Source of the DNA: Eledone cirrhosa
Lineage: Eukaryota
NCBI GenBank assembly: GCA_964016885.1
Contig: OZ024747.1
Span: 46,562,001 to 46,626,000 of the forward strand
Reading direction: 5' to 3'
Length of the DNA: 64,000 nucleotides
Shown: piece after piece, positions 29,382-45,991 of the stretch
How the letters are laid out: each line of letters starts with the position of its first letter
Position numbering within the stretch: position 1 is the first letter of the stretch
Made by a program: the position numbers and the translations under genes
The notes under the pieces: model-generated
Seen by the model: only the letters and a program-made list of their open reading frames with translations
What the model was told of the DNA's origin: nothing
Databases searched by the model: none

Positions 29382-29822
29382 TATACATATGCATACAGGT
29401 ACACATACATATATGCACGTATCAGTTTAGCGGCGCTAACGTCGCTTTGTTCGTTTGTAAACAAACTGAACAGCCTGAATTTATGCCATACGGTGTTAAG
29501 GCAACCACGTCACCTTTTTGTTCAACACTGACACAGGAACGATGTACTAGTTTCAAGCTTGTTAGCTATCATCAGCACCGTTTACCCATCTGCCAGATAG
29601 TTGAACGTTCGAAAGTATATACTTTCCTTATGAAAATTAACGGCTGAGCAGCCTAATTTGCATATTGAGTGAGTTAAATCGGTTAGGCATACCGAAAACG
29701 ATAAATTGAAACAAAATGAAAACGAAATTTCATTTCTCACTCTTAGTATGGCACTTACTTAAATGTAAGTATGCATGTATACGTACATACATATATGTAT
29801 ACAGACGTACAGTAGCATGCAC

Positions 29823-29857
<35 letters not shown>

Positions 29858-30298
29858 TATACATATGCATACAGGTACACATACATATATGCACGTATCA
29901 GTTTAGCGGCGCTAACGTCGCTTTGTTCGTTTGTAAACAAACTGAACAGCCTGAATTTATGCCATACGGTGTTAAGGCAACCACGTCACCTTTTTGTTCA
30001 ACACTGACACAGGAACGATGTACTAGTTTCAAGCTTGTTAGCTATCATCAGCACCGTTTACCCATCTGCCAGATAGTTGAACGTTCGAAAGTATATACTT
30101 TCCTTATGAAAATTAACGGCTGAGCAGCCTAATTTGCATATTGAGTGAGTTAAATCGGTTAGGCATACCGAAAACGATAAATTGAAACAAAATGAAAACG
30201 AAATTTCATTTCTCACTCTTAGTATGGCACTTACTTAAATGTAAGTATGCATGTATACGTACATACATATATGTATACAGACGTACAGTAGCATGCAC

Positions 30299-30333
<35 letters not shown>

Positions 30334-30603
30334 TATACATATGCATACAGGTACACATACATATATGCACGTATCAGTTTAGCGGCGCTAACGTCGCTTT
30401 GTTCGTTTGTAAACAAACTGAACAGCCTGAATTTATGCCATACGGTGTTAAGGCAACCACGTCACAAAAAGGTGACGTGGTTGCCTTAACACCGTATGGC
30501 ATAAATTCAGGCTGTTCAGTTTGTTTACAAACGAACAAAGCGACGTTAGCGCCGCTAAACTGATACGTGCATATATGTATGTGTACCTGTATGCATATGT
30601 ATA

Positions 30604-30638
<35 letters not shown>

Positions 30639-30881
30639 GTGCATGCTACTGTACGTCTGTATACATATATGTATGTACGTATACATGCATACTTACATTT
30701 AAGTAAGTGCCATACTAAGAGTGAGAAATGAAATTTCGTTTTCATTTTGTTTCAATTTATCGTTTTCGGTATGCCTAACCGATTTAACTCACTCAATATG
30801 CAAATTAGGCTGCTCAGCCGTTAATTTTCATAAGGAAAGTATATACTTTCGAACGTTCAACTATCTGGCAGATGGGTAAAC

Positions 30882-30920
30882 GGTGCTGATGATAGCTAAC
30901 AAGCTTGAAACTAGTACATC
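30882..30920 (+). ncRNA. Minimal type I HHR (repeated at 31358-31396); predicted cleavage after 30916
   Basis: ggtg CTGATGA tagctaacaagctt GAAAC TA GTA catc. Confidence 0.9.
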
Positions 30921-31079
30921 GTTCCTGTGTCAGTGTTGAACAAAAAGGTGACGTGGTTGCCTTAACACCGTATGGCATAAATTCAGGCTGTTCAGTTTGT
31001 TTACAAACGAACAAAGCGACGTTAGCGCCGCTAAACTGATACGTGCATATATGTATGTGTACCTGTATGCATATGTATA

Positions 31080-31114
<35 letters not shown>

Positions 31115-31555
31115 GTGCATGCTACTGTACGTCTGTATACATATATGTATGTACGTATACATGCATACTTACATTTAAGTAAGTGCCATACTAAGAGTGA
31201 GAAATGAAATTTCGTTTTCATTTTGTTTCAATTTATCGTTTTCGGTATGCCTAACCGATTTAACTCACTCAATATGCAAATTAGGCTGCTCAGCCGTTAA
31301 TTTTCATAAGGAAAGTATATACTTTCGAACGTTCAACTATCTGGCAGATGGGTAAACGGTGCTGATGATAGCTAACAAGCTTGAAACTAGTACATCGTTC
31401 CTGTGTCAGTGTTGAACAAAAAGGTGACGTGGTTGCCTTAACACCGTATGGCATAAATTCAGGCTGTTCAGTTTGTTTACAAACGAACAAAGCGACGTTA
31501 GCGCCGCTAAACTGATACGTGCATATATGTATGTGTACCTGTATGCATATGTATA

Positions 31556-31590
<35 letters not shown>

Positions 31591-31806
31591 GTGCATGCTA
31601 CTGTACGTCTGTATACATATATGTATGTACGTATACATGCATACTTATATATATATATATAAGATCAAAAGATGGTTAAAAGAGTTCCACGTATTTTAAC
31701 CATCTTTTGATCTTATATATTATGTATACTCCAGTCCTACAAACTGTAGAGTGCTTCTTATCCGATATCTGCATTGCTTTATTGTACTACAATAAAACTC
31801 ACCTCC

Positions 31807-31862
<56 letters not shown>

Positions 31863-31963
31863 GCGATGCGTTGTCTCCTTAAGCAAGACACTTTATTTCC
31901 CGTTATCCCTTCTGCCTGGATTTGCGACCAATATATATATATCGACAGTCGATCGACAAGATG

Positions 31964-32019
<56 letters not shown>

Positions 32020-32122
32020 GATACATGCATATATATATACTGATATATATATACGTTATTCTGGGTTGAATCGGAGGTAACCACAGTAAGTAAGGTACTC
32101 AATACATAGCAGAGATTAAAAC

Positions 32123-32244
32123 TTTTAATATAGATAAGATTCTATAGGACTAGAACTGTTTCATTCTTTAGAAATCATCAGATTCCTAATGATTTCTAAA
32201 GAATGAAACAGTTCTAGTCCTGTAGAATCTCATCTATATTAAAA
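32123..32244. mobile_element. Fold-back HHR pair centred at ~32183
   Basis: gtttcattctttagaaatcatcag attc ctaatgatttctaaagaatgaaac; family of 20152-20196. Confidence 0.75.
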
Positions 32245-32248
32245 CTGA

Positions 32249-32290
<42 letters not shown>

Positions 32291-32439
32291 CATATATATG
32301 TGTCTGTATCTATGCACATAAACATAATGTAGTCTTTATAAGCAATCCCCTATGATCTAAATAACACTAATAATATGTGATAAGCCGATGATGACAACGA
32401 CGACGGCAACAACAACGCGGATGCTGAAAGTGATAACTA

Positions 32440-32442
<3 letters not shown>

Positions 32443-32477
<35 letters not shown>

Positions 32478-32525
32478 CTGATGATGATGATGATGCTGAT
32501 GATGATGATGATGATGATGATGATG
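32443..32525. repeat. (GAT)n microsatellite
   Basis: Direct observation. Confidence 0.95.
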
Positions 32526-32685
32526 GTTTACGTATTTGCCTCCAAGTTGAAATATTACCAACATTAGAATACAATATAATTAAATTTCAGTAGAATACAA
32601 TGCCAAAGAAATAAAAGTACTTCCAATGGGGTGTGACTATATATGTATATATATATATGTGTGTGTGTATATATATATGTGTGTG

Positions 32686-32724
<39 letters not shown>

Positions 32725-32743
32725 TTTTATATATATATACATA

Positions 32744-32779
<36 letters not shown>

Positions 32780-32811
32780 CATATCCATACACATATACAC
32801 ACATATATATA

Positions 32812-32873
<62 letters not shown>

Positions 32874-32900
32874 AATATAAATATAAATATATGTAAATAA

Positions 32901-32951
<51 letters not shown>

Positions 32952-33776
32952 AATATAAATATAAATATATGTAAATAAGCACACACACACATATATATAT
33001 ATATACGTATATTACATATATTACTGCTTTTGAAATTCTTTGTATTTTTATTCTATTTGTTTGTGTATATATGTGTATGTCTATGTTTGTGTGAGTGCCT
33101 ATATGTGTATATGTATAATGTGTAGTATGAATTGAATGAAAATTCCCAATGAAAACAAAACAAACCAAATATATATCAGATTGATATATTTAGCTACACT
33201 TTTCAACGCATTATTTCTGAAAAAAAATGTGACACAAAAAACGAAAAAACAACTGAAATAAAGAGAAACCTTATATCGTCATACAATATAATGACTTTTG
33301 AATGAAATAAGGTGTGGTGGCGTTTGTCTATTTAAAAAAAAATAATCTTCTGCAGCCGTCTGGTTGATCAGTGAAGCGGTCAACCAAATATACCTCCATT
33401 TTGTCTGTGTTTTCTGAAAGGATCTAAGCAACGAGTAGATATTCTGCCAATCTTTGTACATTCTTTTGTTTTTACGAACAAAAGGCTTTTCTCTAGAATT
33501 TACACCAAAAAATGTCAACCCTGACTTCTGTTGAACTCTTTTAAACCTATTCTGCCGGAAGAAGTCACTTCTAAGACAAGAAGTGATCTTATGAAAATAT
33601 GATAATATGATAAAATGAAAATTCTATCATGTTAAGATAATGGTTCCAATTTCTAATTGTTTTCTTTCATCAAACAAACGTGGGTGGCAAATCCGATAAA
33701 GCAGAAATATATCTGCGCATCAATTTATATATACCTTTGTATTAACCCATAGGGTTGTCTCTCCGTCTCTAAGTAA

Positions 33777-33907
<131 letters not shown>

Positions 33908-33909
33908 AC

Positions 33910-33952
<43 letters not shown>

Positions 33953-34215
33953 AAACCGTTATCTTTATACTTTCATGAGTGATATATATATTATCTGTTC
34001 TATTATTTTATTGAGTGACTTGTATTGCTATTTTAGTTACACTCTAATGACACCAACGGTCTATACTCACTAATGACAAATAGTTAAGTAAAATGATTTG
34101 GTATGTTAGTATAACCATGGGAAGAAACAATTGTCAGTTATTAAATGCTTTAAACTCTTGAATTCTTTGGTTTGTAAAGAAATTGTAACTTTATAAATAA
34201 TTATCTATATATATA

Positions 34216-36283
34216 TATAAACGTTTGTATTTGTAAAGCCAAAACAATGCAGGTATGGATATAGAATATAAATGCAAATGCAAAAGATATTGTTGACAAT
34301 TAGTCTTTTACCTTAAATTTATTTAAATATCCTTAATTTTCGAGATAATATCTCTTCTTCGGAGGGAAGTAATGTTGTTAAACCAGCGTTCTAAATAGCT
34401 TGCCAAGTCATGCTGACAGGAAATGGTATAGAGAATCTGTTCTATCTCTAATGTCAAAGAGCGAAGGTTAGGTGGATAAAGCGTAGTCTCCATTTAAAAG
34501 GGGTTTTGTACATGTATGTTTAAGTGTGTGGGAGAATATGTGAAGGTGTAAGTATGTGTGTGTGTGTGTGTGTGTGCGTGTGAGAAGATATTTCTATACG
34601 TGAATTTGGGGGATAGATGCTCTATCGTGTTAAAAGTGGTCTTTGTGTGTGTGTGAGAGAGAATAAGTGGAGGTGTAAGCGAGTGTGTGTGTGTGTGTGT
34701 GTGCGAGGGGAGGGTGTAAGTATGGGGCTAGGTGCTCTATCAAGTTATAAATTGGGTGTTGAGTTCTAGTCTATTATTGATTGGTGGTTGTGTTTTGTCT
34801 ATAATCAGTGCTTCCTTAATTCTAAGATTGCCGAGGTTTCTTTCCTTAGTTTCTATCCTAACTGTTATGTTTTTGTCGGTGTTTTTGCATTTGACTAGGT
34901 ATTTCTTAAATGAAGAAGCGTTAGTATTGAGGTGTTCTTTTATTCTTATGTGAAGAGGTCTGGTGGGGCTACCTAGGTATAAGTTGCTGCATTTGTCGCA
35001 CTCTAATCTGTATACGACGTAAGCCTGGTGGCATAGGTCTGTGTTGATGGGGCAGTTCGCTAGCCTGCAGCGGCTGTCATGTCTGGTGGAGTGTCTTTTG
35101 GTTAGCCGTCCGCGTAGAGAAGGTCCTGAGTGGGCCAGTTGGATATCTAGTCCCTCTCGTCTGATAGCTCTACGGATGGCTGTTGTTGTTTCCTCACTGA
35201 AGTGTGGGAGCTTCAGGAAGCAAGTGTAAGTGCCTCGGGTGTGGTGTCCTCTGTTCTGTCTGGCACGGATCGTGGTGGACGTCGGGTAACCGTTCAGTTT
35301 GAGTACTTCCAGGAAATGTGTGGTGTGTGTGTCTCGGTCTCTTGCGTCGGTGCATTTGTTCTGGATACGTGTAGTTCGTTTCTTATGTATCCGAACTTAA
35401 CGCCGGCTGGGAGGGCCGATCTGAAATGTACGAACAGGTCACTGCTGGCGGCTTTTTTATAGAAGCGGGTGTGGATGTTGCCTTCCTCTGTTACCCTGAT
35501 TTGGATGTCCAGTATGGATAGGGATCCGTGGTCATTGGGGTGTTCCATGCTGAACTTTATACTGGCGTCCATGCTGGAGAATGTCGTGTATATTTTATCC
35601 GCCTCCTCACGGGATGATGTAAGGATGAGTATGTCATCTACATATCGGGTGAAGAAGGTATGGGAATGGCAGGTGTTGACGGGTCGGCATTCTAGCTGGT
35701 TCATATAGGTGATGGCCAGCAGGCCCGATAGGCTGGATCCCATAGGTAATCCTGTTGTCTGTCTGTATGTGTGGTGGTGGAAGGTGAAGTACGTGTTGTC
35801 CACTGTGAAGGACAAAAGCTGGTGTATGTCCGTCGGATGGAGGCCGTAGCAGTGGATGTCCTTTGCAAACTCGCAGTCCGTCAATAAATCGACAGCTGGA
35901 TGAGCGGGGACTGTAGTGTAGAGGGAGACAACATCGGGGCTAAAGGCGTATCTATTTAGTTTAAGTTGTCCTGGTTGGAGTTGGTGTAGTCTACGTATGA
36001 CTTCGTCGGTGCTACTGACATGCCCGGGAAAGGTGGAGTGTAGAGGCTTGAGGACCTGGGAGAGGAGCCAGGGAATTTTGTATAGGGGTCCTTCTATGCT
36101 AGAGACGATGGGTCTTATTTGCGTCTTAGTACTAAATAAATTTAAGGTAAAAGACTAATTGTCAACAATATATTTTGCATTTGCATTTATATTCTATATC
36201 CATACCTGCATTGTTTTGGCTTTACAAATACAAACGTTTATACCTCATTACACAATGCTTCAAGTGAAGTATAACTTCCTCCT
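34216..36283 (-). mobile_element. Penelope-like retroelement, 5'-truncated, with inverted pLTR at 36133-36283
   Basis: RT motifs YRQTTGLPMGSSLSG and RYVDD (35294-35884), RPIVSS upstream; [35 protein letters not shown] (~34740-35030); pLTR HHR at 34331-34366. Confidence 0.92.
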
Positions 36284-36304
36284 ATATATATATATACATA
36301 TATA

Positions 36305-36381
<77 letters not shown>

Positions 36382-36944
36382 AAAGGAATTACACCATAAT
36401 CGAAGCTCTGGCTGCAGCTAAGCTAACGAATGCAATCGGGATGTACAGCTAAGCACTCAATAAGGTATTTTACCTTAGAATTATAACATTACGTTTAGAC
36501 AGCTTTGCAAATTGAAGACAGCGACCGATAAGCGAGCCGCAGTGACCAAAGCAACGAAAGAACTGACTCAGGAAAATATGACAAACCTGAACTATCGCGT
36601 CGGTATTATAAAATATCTCCGCTAGGTTTCTGTAAATCCAAAATCAACAAAATCCACTTGCAGGGGCCTGCAAGTTATTGGTTTTGGAAGATAAAACAGT
36701 GGAATTTACTTCGTCAACAAATTTACGTTCTAGGCCGCTCTGGTTGTGAAAATTAGCAGTAACCACCGCCAGTAGTCACGTGGTTTTCCTGAAGGGAGGT
36801 AACCCCGGTTTTGCCGGTCAAATTCAAAATTTGAACAAAGGAATAAATTCATTTCCACAAACCGAATAAAACTCTCAACTAGATGTTATTAAACAAACAT
36901 AAACAATTAACCAATCAATAGAATTGTTTCTATATATATATAGG

Positions 36945-37330
<386 letters not shown>

Positions 37331-37372
37331 AGATATAGATATATAGATATAGATATATAGATATAGATATAT

Positions 37373-37561
<189 letters not shown>

Positions 37562-37613
37562 TATAGATATATAGATATAGATATATAGATATAGATATAG
37601 ATATAGATATATA

Positions 37614-39465
<1,852 letters not shown>

Positions 39466-39526
39466 GTATATATATATATATATATATATATCTGTATCTA
39501 TCTATCTCTATATATATGTATGTATA

Positions 39527-40342
39527 TACTACGTAGGTAGCACCACCAGACCACTCCACATAAGAATAAAAGAACACCTCAATACTAACGCTTCCTCATT
39601 TAAGAAACACCTAGTTAAATGCAAAAACACTGATAAAAACATAACAGTTAGGATAGAAACTAAAGAAAGAAACCTCGGTAATCTTAGAATCAAGGAAGCA
39701 CTCATTATAGATAGAACACATCCACCAATCAATAATAGACTAGAGCTCAACACCCAATTTATAACCTGATAGGGCCTCTAGCCCACTTTACACACCCCAC
39801 ACACACGCACGCACACACCTCCACTTATTCTCTCTCACACATACACACACAAAACCAGTTCTAACACCAGATAACACCTACCCCCCACTTTTACGATTAG
39901 ACCTATCTTCCCACACTCACACACACACATACCTACACCTTCATGCTTTCTCACACACACATATACAGGCACGCATATATAATTTAAAAAACACAACAAA
40001 AACATAAACAAACCCCTCTTAAAGGGAGACTACTCTTTACCCACCTAATTTTAATTCTTTGATATTAAAGTTAGAACTCTATACTATTTCCGGTCAGCAT
40101 GGCTTCATTGGAAATTTAAGACGCTGGTCTGAGACTTTTACTTCCCTCCGAAGAAGAGATATTATCTCGAAAATTAAGGACATTTAAATAAATTCAAGGT
40201 GAAAGACGAATTCTCATCAATATCTCTCACTATTGCATTCTTTTTTCTATGTCCATACCTGCATTGTCTTGGCCTTATTACACATATTCTAACGTTTATA
40301 CCTCATTACACAATGCTTCAAGTGAACTATAACCTCCTCCCA
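39527..40342 (+). mobile_element. Penelope-like element 3' fragment (GIY-YIG end, UTR, pLTR with HHR at 40144-40179)
   Basis: [24 protein letters not shown]; same family as 34216-36283. Confidence 0.88.
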
Positions 40343-40402
40343 TATATATATATATATATATATATCTGTATCTATCTATCTCTCTATATATATATAAATG
40401 TA

Positions 40403-40494
<92 letters not shown>

Positions 40495-40699
40495 TACATA
40501 TATACATATATATATATATATACATACATACATATATACATACATCAGTCTCTCTCTCTCTCTATATATATATATATACATATATACATATATAAATATA
40601 TGGTGGCTGCCAACTCGTTCTCGAGTACGGCCACTACTTTATATCCATGTAGGAGAACACCCACCGATGCGCTGAACGAGTGTGACTTTTTAGTCCAGC

Positions 40700-41205
40700 C
40701 AGCGACTTGAAAACTCTGGTACAAACACTACACTTGTGACAATTATTGACACATAGTGCTGGGGCCATGGTACCATGTGACGACAAGTGCAGAGAGATCT
40801 CCAGATATAAAGCAATGCCTGTGCCGTGAAGCTTTTATAGTGAGCAAAGGCACTGCACAAAGCCAGTCCCACTCTCTTAACCAAGATGATATTTACCAAA
40901 AAGAAGAACAAGTCAACATAATTGGATGCCATCAGAGTTGCAGGTGTTATATCAGAGTTTTCCTTCTCCTAGAATTCTGCCTTGACAAAGGCTAAGGGGT
41001 CATCTCTCACTGTGATTTTGGATGGCCATTGACTCTTAAGAGCTCCTTTGCCCTTTGACAGGTTTTGTTTTTATTCCTGCAGAATGTCCAAAGTCACCCT
41101 CCTCACCAAGAAACCTTGGTGGGTTGCCAGTTTAGTCGCGAACGACCGACCATGAGTCAGGTTGTACTGGATACATGTTACCAGTAGCACCAACTGGTGA
41201 CCTGT
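40700..41205. repeat. Interspersed repeat family G (also ~49190-50155 and ~58800-58960), probably SINE/LINE-derived
   Basis: Shared ggatggccrttgac..caccctcctcaccaag..catgttaccagtagcac. Confidence 0.6.
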
Positions 41206-41248
41206 CATATATATATATACATATATACATACATACAAATACACTACA

Positions 41249-41295
<47 letters not shown>

Positions 41296-41431
41296 TATAT
41301 ATATATAGATTATATATATATATATATAGTATATATATATATAGTATATATACTAGAGAGAGAGAGAGAGAGAGATATGTATGTATATATGTATATATGT
41401 ATATATATGTATACATGTATATATATATATG

Positions 41432-41526
<95 letters not shown>

Positions 41527-41736
41527 GCATATATACATATATACATATATATATATATGCAGACTAAGATACTTTCATGGAATGACCAAATTCCGTTTAT
41601 TTTAACATACCTACTCGACAAAACAATGCAGGTATTAGTAAGATGAGTTGAAATGAATGCATCCAAAATTTCACAGCTCTAGCATCACTTCTTTCTAGAC
41701 ACCATATTAACGTTTCAGTCAAACCTCGTGTATATG

Positions 41737-41803
<67 letters not shown>

Positions 41804-42573
41804 TTATCTCTCTCTCTATATATATATATATACCTGTGCGTCTCTCTCTCTCTCTCTCGCCCCCCCCCCCCATCTATTTATCTTTTATATATATATATAT
41901 ATATATAATATATAGTATATACATACATACGCACACATAAGTATATATACATAGATATATCCGGATATTTAGTTAATAGACAGATAGAAAAACGTAAATT
42001 TGTACCGAGCTTTGTGTAAACAGAACTTAAGCTGAATTTATCGGTTAAAGAACGTCTATTAAAGAATAGAGTATCGAGGCACTAAGCTGACTGTTAGAAA
42101 GGATGCTTGAGGGTGGTCTGAGAGTCGTCTTTAGTGCATAAGAATTGAATCAGTTGCACTACGTGCAGATGGCTGCAAATTTTCCCCCACTGTATGAATT
42201 TAGGCGTATTATGATGCATACGTACAACGTACACACAGAGAAGCAGATACACCTTTACAAACACATACATAAACATGTATTCGTATGTAGCTAGTATAGC
42301 TTTGCTCATATATCTACGCATTACTTTTTCATATTAGTATAACTACATCCTTCCTTCATCTTTTCATCTGACTGCCCGTCTGTTAGTCTCTCCTCAGAGT
42401 TTATTGACAAAAGTGTTTCTGTATATATCTATGTCTTCAATAATTAGGACATATATTATTTGTATTCATGCGATACAATACGTGTGTATATATATATATA
42501 TATATTATATATATATATATAATATATATTATATATATATATATATATTTCTTTCTCTCTATATATATATATG

Positions 42574-42605
<32 letters not shown>

Positions 42606-42624
42606 ATATTTCTTTCTATATATA

Positions 42625-42659
<35 letters not shown>

Positions 42660-43276
42660 TCTTTATATATATATATGTATATATATGTATATATATATAT
42701 ATTTCTTTATATATATGTGTATATATATGTGTATAATATATATATATTTCTTTTATATATATATAGTATATATATATATATATATATATATTAGATATAT
42801 ATAATTATATATATATATATATACACTTATATATATATATAGAGAGAGAGAAAGAAAATATATATATATATATATAAAGAATATATATATATATACTATA
42901 TATACATATATAGATATACATATATATAGAAAGAAATATATATATATATATATACTATATTTCTTTTAGATAGACTGGACACACACACACAAACACACAC
43001 TCGCAGAGACACAAACACACACACACACGCACACCATAGTAAACTCTATTATATATATAATATATATATATATATAAAAAGAGAGACAGAGAGAAAGAGG
43101 GGGAGTGAATGTGTAAAGAGAGATATATCACTCTCTCCTTCTCCCAAACTATATAGTCATCTCCATACTTGTGTGCGTTTGTTTCATACTAAATCCGCAT
43201 GTAGGTTTGTATATGTGTTAAAATCGGAGAAGGACCGACGGCAGGGCAGGTAAGTTTTCAATATTATATATATATA

Positions 43277-43310
<34 letters not shown>

Positions 43311-43502
43311 GTATATGTGTATGTATATGTGTATATATATGTACTGTATAGTTTATATATATATATTATATATATATACTATATATATACTATATATATA
43401 TATACTTAAACGTATATGTGTATGTATATGTGTATATATGTGTATATATGTGTATATATATATATATATTATAGTATATATATTATATTATCATATATAT
43501 TA

Positions 43503-43545
<43 letters not shown>

Positions 43546-43717
43546 ATATATATATATCTATATATATTTATATATATGTACACATATATACAACATACAT
43601 TGTGCCATATCTAATCTTACACTATTTCCTTCTTCAGGTTTACTCTCTCTCTCTCTCTCTTCTCTTCTCTCTCTCTCTATCTCTCTCTCTCTCTCTCTCT
43701 CTCACTCACTCTCTCCC

Positions 43718-43750
<33 letters not shown>

Positions 43751-44053
43751 GATTTCAATACCCATTCTTTTTCTCTTCCTTTCTCTTCCTCCCACACTTC
43801 CACACATTCGATCTTTTATTACGAACGTCAAAAGACGTATGCTGCCGATCGAAAGCAACGTAGTCAGCAAAGAGATTAAGCGGTATCAGTACCATAACTG
43901 CTACACGCTATACACCAACTTTCTGTCCACCTTTGTTCTAGAAGCAATCTATACTTCTATGGCTATATCTTATTTACAGTTAAGCTAACTCCGTCTGACT
44001 GGAAGCCGTTGCTGACTCCGTCCTGACTGGAAGTCGTTATACAAATGTACTTT

Positions 44054-44253
44054 NNNNNNNNNNNNNNNNNNNNNNNNNNNNNNNNNNNNNNNNNNNNNNN
44101 NNNNNNNNNNNNNNNNNNNNNNNNNNNNNNNNNNNNNNNNNNNNNNNNNNNNNNNNNNNNNNNNNNNNNNNNNNNNNNNNNNNNNNNNNNNNNNNNNNNN
44201 NNNNNNNNNNNNNNNNNNNNNNNNNNNNNNNNNNNNNNNNNNNNNNNNNNNNN
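44054..44253. other. Assembly gap (200 N)
   Basis: N run; ~30-bp sequence duplicated on both sides. Confidence 0.99.
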
Positions 44254-44528
44254 GTCTGACTGGAAGTCGTTATACAAATGTACTTTGATTCAATTTGGCT
44301 GGCGATGGGGTTAACCTCGCATATATGTACCCACCTACCTAACTACATACACAAACATACATACATACATACATACATACATACATACATACATACATAC
44401 ATACATACATACATACATGCATACATACGTACATATACACATACGTACACTTATGCAGTCGTAAATTTTATTTCTCCCAATCTTTCCATCTCCATCTCTC
44501 TAAATATGTGCATATATATATATTTATA

Positions 44529-44595
<67 letters not shown>

Positions 44596-45900
44596 TTATG
44601 TTACACATATGCACCCACATACACGTATATCTACATTGTGATATAGTAATCGTTCAAAACCAGCTACTGTCGGTCTTTTCATTTAATATGGCATTTTCGA
44701 GTTGAATTTACCTTAAGCACGAACGTTCAGTGCAGCTTAAACAAAGACAGATATAAATATATAGTCACTGCTCATACTCACACACACAAACATGCATATA
44801 CAGTGACGTACCCATGCACATACATACTCAAACACATATATGTGTGTACGCATATATATATATATATATATATATATGCATCCTTCTGTGTCTATGTATC
44901 TTTTTTTTTTGTATTTATGTGTATACATATTTACAGACATATCATTATATATTCACAAACATATACGTACAAGAATAGTCATATATCTGTGTACGCAAAT
45001 ACGCAATATACATACCAGTATAGTTTACTTTTGACTGGGCCCATTGACAAGAATTTCTGCAGGAGAGAAATATATTGCCGAACCAATTTACTGCACTTTG
45101 TGCCTGAAAATTATTTCACCAAGAATTTATTGTTAATTTAGGCGAGCATTTCGCATGATTGTGCTCAGGTTCTCAAGAGACTAATGGGAGAAGAGAGGGA
45201 GTTATTCCCAAACAGGTTAGCTTGCCAGATTTCTTGCAACAGAGTGAATATATTTAAAGAAGCCACATGTGGGTACATTAAGTGGGTCAACAGATTAAGC
45301 TTGCTAGCTAAGACCAAGCTGCGTTCCTCTGACAGGACTTCACACCATTTCATTCAGAAGGCTTTGGTCTATTATAGTAGATACTTTCCCTAGTCGAGGC
45401 TACGGGGTTTTCTTGTTTTAAAAACAAGATAATCAAATAGCCTATAAGTTATTTTATTGTTCCAAATGTGCTTGTGCTAATCCAAGCCTACCCAGATTAA
45501 GAATAATAATTTTAATTAATCTTAGAAATATGTGTTGGCCATTTCTCATTGATCAAGAGACCACCTATATGCTCGTGCACATAGAACTTATCCCGAAAAG
45601 GTTATGCACCGAGTATCATGGCTATGCCAAGGTTTTGGGAAATGTATTCAGAATAACCAACCTGCCTGGAAGCTCTCTAAAAGAATTAACATTGAGTGTC
45701 CTCATCATATTCGCGCATACCTTCCACAAGTGCTCTATGATATGCCGCTTTACACTGTCTAAAGCGTACATCAAATAGCAACATTCTCAATGAGAAAGGT
45801 TTATTCTTGCCATAATATCTGTCAGTATAATTACTGTGACAACAGATATACCTACACTGATGTCTGACGTAAGCCTCGTTTGTTCAGTATACATACACAC

Positions 45901-45970
<70 letters not shown>

Positions 45971-45991
45971 ATTCGTGAGTTTTATATAGGA

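Larger units (their letters stand above)
28751..31647. mobile_element. Family A retrozyme-like array: 476-bp monomers, ~3.6 in one orientation then ~2.5 inverted (centre 30465-30472)
   Basis: Units start at 28751, 29227, 29703 and 30179; one HHR per monomer; flanked by (TA)n; no credible ORF. Confidence 0.9.

Noticed and set aside
28764-31221. Repeated 135-aa ORF MKTKFHFS..
   Set aside because: Antisense to the HHR, contains microsatellite translation, and is not preserved in other family A copies
32367-32564. Poly-His ORF
   Set aside because: (CAT)n microsatellite
43985-44290. Direct repeat flanking the N run
   Set aside because: Likely unmerged contig overlap; the neighbouring 42400-43800 region looks like low-quality consensus
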